From Thermodesulfobacteriota bacterium (lineage in GTDB: Bacteria; Desulfobacterota; Binatia; Bin18): a stretch of DNA of 64,000 nt. Below are positions 39,749 through 48,886 of the stretch, piece after piece; the first letter of the stretch is position 1; each line of letters starts with the position of its first letter. The DNA is taken from NCBI GenBank assembly GCA_964291405.2, contig OZ219926.1:4672001-4736000 (forward strand). The letters are read 5' to 3'. A program made the position numbers and the translations under genes. The notes beneath the pieces were generated by a model that ran no database searches, was not told the DNA's origin, and saw nothing but the letters and a program-made list of their open reading frames with translations.

Positions 39749-42124
39749 ATGTCGCGAAATGAAAGCGGTCAACTCGAACCTGGAACGGTCCTGGCGGGCC
39801 GGTATCAGATTGAGCGTTTTCTGGCGGGCGGCGGGATGGGTGTCGTTTATGTCGCTCAGGATCAGCGGCTGGCTGAGCGACAGGTCGCTATCAAGGAAAT
39901 TTTTGATCGATTTACAAATCCCGAAGAGCGCGCTCAGGCCATTGAATATTTTCATCGAGAGGCCGATACGCTGGCCCAGCTCACCCATCCGGCCATTCCC
40001 GCTATTTTCGATCGCTTTGGTGAGGGCAATTGCCACTATTTGGTGATGGACTTTATCGAAGGGATCAACCTGGAACAGGAAATCGCCGGACTGGGCGGCC
40101 AACTCCCCGAGAGCCGGGTCACCGAGATTGGCCGGGAGCTGTGCGACGTGTTGACCTATCTGCATAGCTTTTCTCCGCCCGTCATCTATCGGGACATGAA
40201 ACCGGGCAATGTGATCCTGCGACCGGACGGGCGCATCACGCTGATTGACTTTGGCATTGCCAGAATTTTCTCCCCCCAGGGCAAAGCCACTTTGATTGGC
40301 ACGCCTGGATTTGCCCCGCCCGAGCAATACTCCGGGCAGGTTGATGAACGGTCCGATATTTATGGCTTGGCGGCAACCCTGCACTATATCCTGACCGGTC
40401 GGGACCCGGAGAAACACCCGCCGTTCTCGTGCCCGCCGGTACTCTCGGAGAAACCCGACGCCTCTCCTTTCCTCGCTCAGGCGATTGATCAGGCCCTGGC
40501 GTATAAAGCCGAAGAGCGGCCCGAGAGCGCGGAAGCGTTTAAGGACATGTTTCTGTATGGGCGTGGCCTGAGCGCGGCTGGTCCTCCCAGTTCGTCCCAA
40601 GCCGCGACCCAAATCCTGGAACCGCTGTCGGAGCCGGTTGCAGAGCCCCTTCCCGCCGAGCCGCCGCAAAAGAAGCGACGCTGGGGGCGGATGGTTGCGA
40701 CCCTGGTTTTTTTGTTACTGCTGAGTGGCGGGGCGTATGGACTGTTTACCTCTCCTGAGCTGCTGCAAGGCAACCCGGTCGCACGCGTGGGAGAAAGGAT
40801 TCCGTGGCAGCAGATTGAAACCTGGCTGCCGGAATCCCAGCGGCCAAGGTTTCGAGCCTTTGTTGCGGATTTACCCTGGGAGCGGGAGAAACGCCTGCGC
40901 GCGCTGCGGGCCGACCCGCTCGAACTGGTTTCCCTCAACTTGGTGAATACTTCGCGGGATGGCACGCCACTGTCGGAGGTCAAGGACAGCTATACGCTGA
41001 GTGAGGTGCAATACCTGACCTGGGAAGCGGCGCTGAAAAACCGGCTGTTCGGGGTTGAAGGGGGGAATCATCGGTTGGAAGGCCGATTTTTCGATCCCGA
41101 AGGCGGTCTGGCCGGGAAAAGCGAAGCCGGTCGGTTTGTCCGGCCCGAAGAGGAGGAGCTTGAATTGCGGGGCGTGACCCTGCTTGAGGGGCTCAAGGAG
41201 CGGGCGACCGGTGAGTATCAGCTTGAGCTCTATCTCGGGGATGCCAAGCTGGCCAGCCAAACAGTCCGGATTGAACCGGACCCGGTCCAGGTCGTCGCAG
41301 CCGAGGTGACAGAAGAAAAGGAGAGCGGTGTCGCTGGTGGGTCAGATGTCCCGGTCGCGAGCGGACCGACCCCGGAGGAAGAGATCGTACGGCGCGCCGC
41401 CGAGGAAAAACGGCTGGCCCTTATCCAGGAACGGAGCAAAGAGCCGCTTTCTCTGCTCTCCGTGCGCTTTTTCAACACGGCGCAAGATGGCAGAAAACTG
41501 TCTCAATCCGCGAGTTCATTCGGCACGTCACAACTCCGATACCTGGCCTGGGAGGCGGATTTTCAAAACCAACTGCATGCGCTGTTACCTTCTCACCACC
41601 GGGTCACCGCAACCTATTTTGCCCCCAATGGCCAGATTCTTGGGACGGTTGAAGACGGGAAAGAAGTCTCGGATAAAACAGAGAAGGTGACGTTTACGGC
41701 CAGAATCGGCAATGCCAGCGGCGGCGCCTTTCTTCCCGGCGAGTATCGGGTTGACTTTTATGTCAACGGCTATCCGCTCTCGTCCGGAAAATTCAACGTC
41801 ATGGACGATCGGGACTTGGCCTATATCCTCAACTCGCACCAGGGAAGTATTCTCGGGCTCGGTCCTGAGCGTGAGGCCCTGCTTGAAGTGCATTTTCAAC
41901 CGCATAGTAACGGGGCCTTGCGTGGCCGCCTGGTGATTCACGCGCGCGGCTTTGGTGCGGCCTCTCTGGAAGGAACAACGCAGGGTAACCAGATTGAGTT
42001 TAGCAGTTCGGTTGGTAATCGTGATTATCATTTCAAGGGCTGGCGTGAAGAAAATCGGCTCAGCGGAACTTATCGTGTCGGGTCGTCCGAAAATGTGAGC
42101 GGACACTGGTCACTGCAACTCTAG
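39749..42124 (+). CDS. Membrane-anchored Hanks-type Ser/Thr kinase with a duplicated extracytoplasmic domain
   Basis: GGGMGVVY, VAIKE, YRDMKPGN, IDFG, GTPGFAPPE; one TM; two similar PL.L.S....NT..DG..LS...YL.WEA...GEY domains. Confidence 0.92.
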   Translation: MSRNESGQLEPGTVLAGRYQIERFLAGGGMGVVYVAQDQRLAERQVAIKEIFDRFTNPEERAQAIEYFHREADTLAQLTHPAIPAIFDRFGEGNCHYLVMDFIEGINLEQEIAGLGGQLPESRVTEIGRELCDVLTYLHSFSPPVIYRDMKPGNVILRPDGRITLIDFGIARIFSPQGKATLIGTPGFAPPEQYSGQVDERSDIYGLAATLHYILTGRDPEKHPPFSCPPVLSEKPDASPFLAQAIDQALAYKAEERPESAEAFKDMFLYGRGLSAAGPPSSSQAATQILEPLSEPVAEPLPAEPPQKKRRWGRMVATLVFLLLLSGGAYGLFTSPELLQGNPVARVGERIPWQQIETWLPESQRPRFRAFVADLPWEREKRLRALRADPLELVSLNLVNTSRDGTPLSEVKDSYTLSEVQYLTWEAALKNRLFGVEGGNHRLEGRFFDPEGGLAGKSEAGRFVRPEEEELELRGVTLLEGLKERATGEYQLELYLGDAKLASQTVRIEPDPVQVVAAEVTEEKESGVAGGSDVPVASGPTPEEEIVRRAAEEKRLALIQERSKEPLSLLSVRFFNTAQDGRKLSQSASSFGTSQLRYLAWEADFQNQLHALLPSHHRVTATYFAPNGQILGTVEDGKEVSDKTEKVTFTARIGNASGGAFLPGEYRVDFYVNGYPLSSGKFNVMDDRDLAYILNSHQGSILGLGPEREALLEVHFQPHSNGALRGRLVIHARGFGAASLEGTTQGNQIEFSSSVGNRDYHFKGWREENRLSGTYRVGSSENVSGHWSLQL

Positions 42125-42189
42125 GTCGGGCCATGATGACGGCTGTTGGCATGCACGTGGGGCGTTGAGCAGACTGTGAGCGGAGGAGT

Positions 42190-43047
42190 ATGGAACTTTC
42201 ACGCGAACGCCTTGTCCTGTATAGCGGTGCCGGTCTCTTGGGCGGTCTTGCCGGCTGGGCCGCGGCTGACCCGTTGGCCGCGGTGGGGAATGTTTATCTC
42301 CGGGCCATGGCCCTGGGGGGGATAACCGGTATTTGTGTTGGCGCGTTCATGGGGGCCATTGAAGGGCTCAGCGCGGGGCATAAGAACAAGACGTGGCAGG
42401 GGGTGAAGCTGGGTGGGCTGGCCGGTCTGGTGGGCGGGGCGATTGGCCTCCTCATGGGAGAGCTGGTGTTTGGCCTGTTTGGCGGTCTTGGCGGGCGCGT
42501 TATCGGCTGGGGGATTTTTGGGCTTGCCGTCGGGCTGGGAGCTGGCTGGGTCGGCCAATCGTTAGTCCGTTTACGCAATGGCGCGATTGGTGGCTGCATT
42601 GGCGGGGCCATCGGGGGTGCGCTCTTTCAGGTGGTCACCTCCCTCCTGCCGCAGACGGCTGGTCGCGGGGTTGCCTTGGCCATCTTGGGGGCCATGATCG
42701 GTCTCTGGGTCGGTCTGGTCAGCGAGATATTGAAGCGCGGCTGGTTTATGGTGATTCGCTCGCAAAGCCGCAATGCCCGTGAAGGCCGTGAATACCATCT
42801 GACCAAGCCCAAAACCACAATCGGGAGAGCCGAAGAAAGCGATGTGGGCCTGTTTGGCGACCGCTCTATTGCCAACCTGCACGCTGTGGTTGAAAAACGT
42901 CAGCATACTTTTGTGCTTGCCAAAAATGAGGGGCAGGTCAGCGTCAACCGAACTCCGGTTACCCAGCCGATCCAACTGAAAAATGGCGACCGGGTGGAGG
43001 TCGGTGGAACCTTACTCCTCTTTCGAGAGCGGGCAGGTAAGGAGTAG
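42190..43047 (+). CDS. Gly-rich multi-TM protein with a C-terminal FHA domain
   Basis: About 6 Gly-rich helices; TIGRAEE.D....D.SIANLHA, LKNGDRVEVG. Confidence 0.85.
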   Translation: MELSRERLVLYSGAGLLGGLAGWAAADPLAAVGNVYLRAMALGGITGICVGAFMGAIEGLSAGHKNKTWQGVKLGGLAGLVGGAIGLLMGELVFGLFGGLGGRVIGWGIFGLAVGLGAGWVGQSLVRLRNGAIGGCIGGAIGGALFQVVTSLLPQTAGRGVALAILGAMIGLWVGLVSEILKRGWFMVIRSQSRNAREGREYHLTKPKTTIGRAEESDVGLFGDRSIANLHAVVEKRQHTFVLAKNEGQVSVNRTPVTQPIQLKNGDRVEVGGTLLLFRERAGKE

Positions 43048-43096
43048 GCAGGCCGGAGAGCCCTACACAGGTAGAAAATACCAGGTGGAGAGTAGC

Positions 43097-44650
43097 ATGA
43101 GATTGAAAGCCCGGTCCTCTCGGCAGAGCCATACCCAAGCGCTGTATGTGTTCCTCTATTGCCTTGCCTTGTGCTCGGTGCTGACGTCGCACGTCTCTGC
43201 GGCCGATTCAGTGGTTGTCTCTGTCACCAACCCCCAACTGGAGAATTTTACCAATGGCGGTGCCGTTGGCCTATATTTTAATGCAACCGATTTGCGTGGG
43301 CAGCCGATCGGACAACTCACGCCGGAGCATGTGACCGTGCAGGAGGATGGACAGGACGCCCAGATCATTGATTTTCGAGGCGAAGAACAGGGCCGGCCGG
43401 TCGATATCGTGGTGGTCTTCGATGTCACGGAAAGCATGGGGCCGTTTATTGACGGGATGAAAGAAGCGGCCATTGATTTTGCCGACCGCCTGGCCAAGGC
43501 CAACCGGGATTACCGCTTGGGTCTGGTGACTTTTGAGGATTACGTGATTCGGGACGAGCGGGTGTTTACCCGGAGCGCCCGGGAGTTCAAAGGCTGGGTT
43601 GGCGCGCTGCGCCCGGCAGGCGGAGGGGATATCCCGGAGAACTCGCTCGATGCGATGCTGCTGGCCAGCCGCTTTCCGTTTCGACCCGATGCCCAGGCGG
43701 TCCTTATCTTGATTACCGACGCCCCCAATCATACGCGCGGAGACGGATCGGAAAAAAATAACCCCTACGGTCGAGAGGTCACGCAACTGTCCGGTGCGGA
43801 AGTCCTGGCGGAAATCAAAAAGGCGAATCTGAATGTCTATGCCATCTCTCCACCGCCCTTTATGGCTCCCGACCTGCATGGGATCGCAAAGGAGAGCGCC
43901 GGGCGCCATTACAATATTGTCAGTGAGGGAGAACGCTTTCCCGAGCTGATCAGCGAGATCGGCCGCTCGCTCGCCTCACAATATTTCCTGACGTATACCA
44001 GCCCCCGCCCGGTCGAGGACGGGGCGGAACGCGAAGTCGTGCTGACCCTTCAACATCCGAACGGGGAAGGGGAGGCGCATGCGTCTTACCAAGTGCGTGG
44101 GATCGGCGGTGCGATAGTCGTTCCAAGCAGCTCGGGAGCGGGCACAACACAGGCACAAACCGTTATTGCCTATGGGATATGGAATATGCTGGTTCCGCTC
44201 CTGGCCGCCGGAGGACTGATACTGCTGGCGCGCGTCCGCCTCAATGAGATTCCGGCTGAAGTGCTGGGTCTGGTGAAGACGGCAACCAGCAGCCCCGCTT
44301 CCACCGGCCAAAACGCAGTCCCTGATCCTGTTGTGCCGAAGACCTCTGCGCCGTACGCCCGACTGGTGCGCCAAAGCCCATTTGAAGAAGCGCCGCGCGA
44401 AATTGCTCTTTCCCGCGATGAAATGACGATTGGCCGTGGAGAGGAGTGCGAGGCGATTATTCTCCACTCCTCTATATCGCGCGAACACGCGCGCATAAAA
44501 AAAGTCAAACAGGGCTATGTGCTGCTCGATTTGCAGAGCAGAAACGGCATCTACATCAACGGGAGAAAGGTTACCGAAAATCTTCTCAGAGACGGGATGC
44601 AGGTTCGTATCGGAGACGTGGAGTTTATCTTCTACGCCGCGAATGCGTAA
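43097..44650 (+). CDS. Exported vWA domain + TM + cytoplasmic FHA domain protein
   Basis: Signal peptide; VDIVVVFDVTESM, GGGD.PE, ILITDAP; TM; TIGRG....ISREHA, DLQSRNGIYING. Confidence 0.88.
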   Translation: MRLKARSSRQSHTQALYVFLYCLALCSVLTSHVSAADSVVVSVTNPQLENFTNGGAVGLYFNATDLRGQPIGQLTPEHVTVQEDGQDAQIIDFRGEEQGRPVDIVVVFDVTESMGPFIDGMKEAAIDFADRLAKANRDYRLGLVTFEDYVIRDERVFTRSAREFKGWVGALRPAGGGDIPENSLDAMLLASRFPFRPDAQAVLILITDAPNHTRGDGSEKNNPYGREVTQLSGAEVLAEIKKANLNVYAISPPPFMAPDLHGIAKESAGRHYNIVSEGERFPELISEIGRSLASQYFLTYTSPRPVEDGAEREVVLTLQHPNGEGEAHASYQVRGIGGAIVVPSSSGAGTTQAQTVIAYGIWNMLVPLLAAGGLILLARVRLNEIPAEVLGLVKTATSSPASTGQNAVPDPVVPKTSAPYARLVRQSPFEEAPREIALSRDEMTIGRGEECEAIILHSSISREHARIKKVKQGYVLLDLQSRNGIYINGRKVTENLLRDGMQVRIGDVEFIFYAANA

Positions 44651-44685
44651 AATCGAAACGCGCCGAATGCTGCGACTCTCCTCCT

Positions 44686-44731
44686 GGGAGAGCCGCCATC
44701 CTGGCCGCCATGCGGGCTGGAAGCCCGCTCT
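44686..44731. repeat. REP-like palindromic element
   Basis: gggagagccgccatcctggccgc...gcgggctggaagcccgctctcc; related to gggagcgcgggcatcttgcccgc at about 61241. Confidence 0.5.
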
Positions 44732-44905
44732 CCTAAAGAGGGAGAGAGACGCGCTACACCGCAACGTTCTTTGCTCCGCAACGTGGTACGTGGTGAGAGG
44801 CAAGGGGGACTTTGCAAGCATATTCGCTAGATCTCCGGGAGCTACCGGGTGGCGGGGCCCGTCGTGAGTCCGGGAGCGACGGGGAAGGTGGCCCCCAAGC
44901 GATGA

Positions 44906-45218
44906 CTAGGGGTTTTAGGGGTACATGCTGCCCGCGAATACGTACGAAACCAAGCCCACACGAACGGTATTGAGTCGTTCTGTAAAGACCTTCTCTCCCG
45001 CGGAATGTGCCAACTATATCCGCCACGCTGGCTATCGCCTCGCTACACCAACTGCTCTAGGGTCAGGAGCTATGACTAGAGGGTGTTAGGAACTTCTGAC
45101 AAATTGTCTCAGTGATTTCTCTGAGGAAAACGAGTCGGAGCAAAAAAGTGCTAGGGGTTTTAGGGGTACATGCTGCCCGCGAATACGTACGAAACCAAGC
45201 CCACACGAACGGTATTGA
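44906..45218. repeat. 68-bp direct repeat (44906-44973 and 45151-45218) of an IS1595 transposase segment
   Basis: Identical ctaggggttttaggggtacatgctg...acgaacggtattga, encoding EYVRNQAHTNGI. Confidence 0.9.
44982..45060 (+). pseudogene. IS630-family transposase C-terminal remnant with right end
   Basis: KTFSPAECANYIRHAGY followed by GCTCTAG. Confidence 0.6.
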
Positions 45219-45400
45219 TGCTCAAGCGGGGCTACATTGGGACCTATCACCAGATGAGCGTCAAATACCTGGATCGGTATATTGAGGAGTTTGCGGGCCG
45301 ACATAACCAGCGACCCCTCGACACCCTGGAGCAAATGGAGCGGATCGCGCAGGGGTTCGTCGGAAAGCACTTGCCGTACGGTGATCTGATCGCGGCCTAA
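45169..45400 (+). pseudogene. IS1595-family transposase C-terminal fragment
   Basis: HTNGI (frameshift) LKRGYIGTYHQMSVKYLDRYIEEFAGRHN...GKHLPYGDLI. Confidence 0.85.
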
Positions 45401-45412
45401 AGGAGACCCGTC

Positions 45413-45589
45413 ATGGAGAAGAAAAAGCCGACCCCCGCGAAGGTGAAGCCGTCCACCTACCAGCCGACTGCGGCGGAACTAGCCGAAGACCTCAGTGTTG
45501 ACGCCACGCCGGAAGAGGTGGCCGAGGCGGTTATGGAATCCGTCGCGGTGTACGAGAACGACGATGAGAAATCTCAGGACGAAACATAA
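45413..45589 (+). CDS. Small acidic hypothetical protein (58 aa) directly after the IS1595 fragment
   Basis: SD AAAGGAG; MEKKKPTPAKVKPSTYQPTAAELAEDLSVDATPEEVA... Confidence 0.55.
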   Translation: MEKKKPTPAKVKPSTYQPTAAELAEDLSVDATPEEVAEAVMESVAVYENDDEKSQDET

Positions 45590-45599
45590 AGAACCGTCC

Positions 45600-45806
45600 T
45601 TACCCCGCCAACCACTCAGCTAAGTACACACTCAGGCCGAACAGGATGCACGCACCGCTCCATTTGGAGAAGGTATCGAACCAACAGCGAAGAAATTCCC
45701 CTTCGTTTACTTGACCCTCTCGCCACATATACCACGTGCCTACGCCGGAGAGGCCAAGCATAACCGCCCAGACCATCATAAAGCGGTCAACATCTATGGC
45801 GTACAT
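45600..45806 (-). CDS. Small two-TM hypothetical protein
   Basis: Two hydrophobic segments; follows the 45813 gene in the same orientation. Confidence 0.45.
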   Translation of the reverse strand: MYAIDVDRFMMVWAVMLGLSGVGTWYMWREGQVNEGEFLRCWFDTFSKWSGACILFGLSVYLAEWLAG

Positions 45807-45812
45807 GGCGAC

Positions 45813-46391
45813 TTACCGCCCATAGTGCAGCCGGTCATTGGGGTTGTTGGCTTTCCACGTCTCCTGACAGTCCCGCCGCGCCTGTGGGCTGGTGATATGC
45901 CCGCACCCATAGGGGACATGGCCCGGCTCAATGTGGCCGTCCGTGTAATCTCTCGGGTCAGGATACTCGCGCGGTTGGGGCTCCTCGTACTCGTAGCGAC
46001 CCGTGTTCCGCCCGCGTACCAGATCGTCCCACGCGCCCCTTTCTGAGGAGCGCAGCCGCTCCTGGTTCAAGCGATCCATTTCCCGCTCATACTCCCGCTC
46101 CCACTGGCTCCTTCGCCGCGGGGCAGGGGGCGGTGTAATAGGGGGATCAGCAGGCCGTGGAGCCCGATATTCCGGTCTCCACTGATACAGGTGACTACGC
46201 TCCTCTGCTGGCCGCCCTTTGAGGAGACTGGAGAGGGCCTCAATGTCCCGTAGACTCTCCCCGAGACTCTTTGACGGGGCCTGCCGGGGCGGATTCGGGT
46301 TTGGGGAAGGCGGGGGTGGGGTAAACTGCACCTGCGCCCCTGCTAACGAGACGCTGAACGTCAGGACCAAACCCGCCAGTAGCGTCTTCAT
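45813..46391 (-). CDS. Secreted Pro/Arg-rich hypothetical protein
   Basis: SD GAGGTG; signal peptide MKTLLAGLVLTFSVSLAGA; poly-Pro. Confidence 0.6.
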   Translation of the reverse strand: MKTLLAGLVLTFSVSLAGAQVQFTPPPPSPNPNPPRQAPSKSLGESLRDIEALSSLLKGRPAEERSHLYQWRPEYRAPRPADPPITPPPAPRRRSQWEREYEREMDRLNQERLRSSERGAWDDLVRGRNTGRYEYEEPQPREYPDPRDYTDGHIEPGHVPYGCGHITSPQARRDCQETWKANNPNDRLHYGR

Positions 46392-46764
46392 GCTGCACCT
46401 CCTCTGTCGTAGTTCTGCCCGGCCAGTCCAAGTTGCCGGGCCGTGCTAACTCCACAACAGAGAATTGAGTGTGAGGTCCTGCCTATTTGCCACGGCGCAG
46501 GTAGCTACTCCCACGCTTTGGTGTGGCTGTTGTATTCCGCAGGCGACCCGACTCAGGGGTCTCCATTGGGACACCTAAGCACGAGAAATGCTAAATCTAC
46601 TTCACAGAATTGTCAAGAAATGAATGTCGTTGACAGGTAGGAGGTGGGCAGGCACAACGAAGAAAGGCCCCACAAGGGGGCCAATCTATAACCTGTCTCC
46701 TGACACCCACGGTGGTCTCGCTACAAGACCACCGACCTCAGAGGACAGATGGAATGAGGTACGC

Positions 46765-47688
46765 TCATGGCCGACTATAGGCCCACGGCCCGCCCGGCGG
46801 CCACTGCTCCTCAAACGGCATGCCTCTGGCGATTGCCACGGTAGGAGGCATCACAAACGTCTGGATCTGTGTCAAGACGATAGGAAGCGGATCGGGCGTT
46901 CTCGACATCGCCGTCCGCCGCAGAAAACCGCTCCACTGGGTCTGCTTTGTCGGATCGGCGGCGAACTCGGGGGTGAGCGCAGCCGGTGTGTCCTGCGGGA
47001 TTGGCGTCTGACGGCGCGTGAATGTAGCGCGAATCGCCTCCGCCAGTACCCGGCCCTCAAAGTTGAACAGGGTTGCCAACGCCCACAGGTCATACATGTC
47101 CTTCATCCGGCTGGTCAGAGCTGCAAACCGGACCAGGGTTTGGAACTTCTCGGCGACCACGGTTTCCCGAGGATAGGCACGCAGCTGCGGTGCCGGAAAT
47201 TCCAGGAGCGTCGGATAGGCGATACGCGGCGCTGGCGGCACTATCACGTCGCCAAAACCGATATCGACCTGGACGAACAGCCGTGCTCCTGCAATCCGGG
47301 CTTCCAGCATAACGCGGACGCCCTGGTAGGCGTCGTGCTCACGCACTTGGTCTGCCCGAACACTGTCGGCCAGGAACGAGACGCCATCAGGCGGAACGGT
47401 TGTCTCACAGACCGCTCTGAAGATCTCGACAAGTCGGGCGGCCGTACTGTCGCCGACACCCAACAGATCGAGGTCACCGGTCGCACGATAGGGCACGGTT
47501 GCCCACACACTGAAGAGTATTGCCCCTTTGAGAATGAAACGGTCGGCGTAGGCGGACTGGGAGAGCCGATAGAGCAGGCGTTCGATGGCGTAGCGCAGCA
47601 GCACGAATTGGACCGTCTCCCCCTGTGCCTTCGCGTGGTTAGTGAGGCGAGCCCGGACGGACGCGGCAAGATGACGCGGGCGGGTCAT
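46765..47688 (-). CDS. AbiEii nucleotidyltransferase toxin (type IV TA)
   Basis: ASVRARL, ERLLYRLS, FILKGA, R.T.DLDL, DIGFGD, ETVVAEKF, SRMKD.YDL. Confidence 0.93.
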   Translation of the reverse strand: MTRPRHLAASVRARLTNHAKAQGETVQFVLLRYAIERLLYRLSQSAYADRFILKGAILFSVWATVPYRATGDLDLLGVGDSTAARLVEIFRAVCETTVPPDGVSFLADSVRADQVREHDAYQGVRVMLEARIAGARLFVQVDIGFGDVIVPPAPRIAYPTLLEFPAPQLRAYPRETVVAEKFQTLVRFAALTSRMKDMYDLWALATLFNFEGRVLAEAIRATFTRRQTPIPQDTPAALTPEFAADPTKQTQWSGFLRRTAMSRTPDPLPIVLTQIQTFVMPPTVAIARGMPFEEQWPPGGPWAYSRP

Positions 47689-48290
47689 AGCAGGGCCTCA
47701 AGGTACGGTCGCATCACGTTCCGGACACGGCATACCTGCGCGTAGTGCCAGAGGTCATCGACCGGGCATATCTGCTGACGTAGGCAGTCCCGCAACGCCT
47801 CGACCGCAACGTCAATGCCCAGCTTGTTGCGGTGCTTGAAGCAATCCGCCACGGTCTTGGCCGCTCCATAGATCGGCACGGCAACTCCCTCAATCGTGTG
47901 GTGCTTGACCCCGGCGGTCAGCATGGCGTTGTGCGCCCGAATGACGCGGAGGCTAATTGGCGGCTGCTTAGGCACCCATTTTTTGGTTCCGACCGTCATC
48001 CAGACCTGGTGCGGAGCCTGGGTGGTGAGGCCGTGAAATTGCAGAGCGGACAGGAGACAGACGATCCCGTGCGGCAGGGCCCGGCTTGCTTCAACGAGGC
48101 TGTGGTGCGCCGTGATGTCGGCATCGGCGGCTTGGTAGAGTCCACGGGCGATGCGCACTAGGCGGCCCTCCTGGCATAGACGCTGGAGATAGGTCCGAGC
48201 GATGCCGGCGGCCGTGATGTCGCGGGCGCGTACGATGCCCTGGGCTTGGGCTAGGGCCAGGACGCGCTCTCGCGGGCGAACTTCATTCAT
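47685..48290 (-). CDS. AbiEi antitoxin (type IV TA)
   Basis: L.RIARGLY, CLLSAL.FHGLTTQ.P, AKTVADCFK.RNK.G.DVAVEAL; overlaps the toxin start. Confidence 0.93.
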   Translation of the reverse strand: MNEVRPRERVLALAQAQGIVRARDITAAGIARTYLQRLCQEGRLVRIARGLYQAADADITAHHSLVEASRALPHGIVCLLSALQFHGLTTQAPHQVWMTVGTKKWVPKQPPISLRVIRAHNAMLTAGVKHHTIEGVAVPIYGAAKTVADCFKHRNKLGIDVAVEALRDCLRQQICPVDDLWHYAQVCRVRNVMRPYLEALL

Positions 48291-48492
48291 GACGGCTAAT
48301 GTTACAATATCTCAGTCAGAAGAGACAAGATCCTCGGTCTTGTAACGTTTTCTGGAACACCGCACCAGAAAAGTCGACCCGATCTCTTCGCGTCGAAGAG
48401 GAGTGGGCGGAAAAACTCAAGGATGGCGATGGACTAGCAGGGACAATGTTTTTGAAAACTCCGCTGGGTGCACTGGATAACGGGGGCAGCTG

Positions 48493-48886
48493 GGGTGCTG
48501 GAACTGACGTACATGGTATGAAGTGTTGCTCGACCCGGTGACAGAAGCGTTTGACGGACGCGAGGATATCGTCGGCAGACTTCGTCCAGGTGAAAGGCTT
48601 CGGGTCAGTGTTGTGGGTATCGATAAATGCGCGGATGTCCGCCTCCAGTTGCCGCGTCGACCTTATTCGGCACGCCCTCAGCGCAGCGCAGGATTATGCG
48701 GCAGCGCTCCGCCATCGAGCGCGCGATCCGGTGCCGGCGCACCTGGCGCTCCAGATACGCCCGTTCTTCTGCGCTGAGGACCAAGGCCGCCACCGGGCGG
48801 CCACCACCACGACCCATCCGCAAGTCCTCCTTCTCTCACATGCTCAGGGCCATTCTACAATGATAGGGACTTCAGTTCCAGCACCC
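48493..48886 (-). mobile_element. Internally deleted IS630 element (non-autonomous)
   Basis: 15-bp TIR GGGTGCTGGAACTGA at both ends; transposase N-terminus (GRPVAALVLSAEER...RIILRCAEG) fused to C-terminus (NTDPKPFTWTKSADDILASVKRFC); right end abuts TA within the neighbouring stop codon. Confidence 0.85.
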
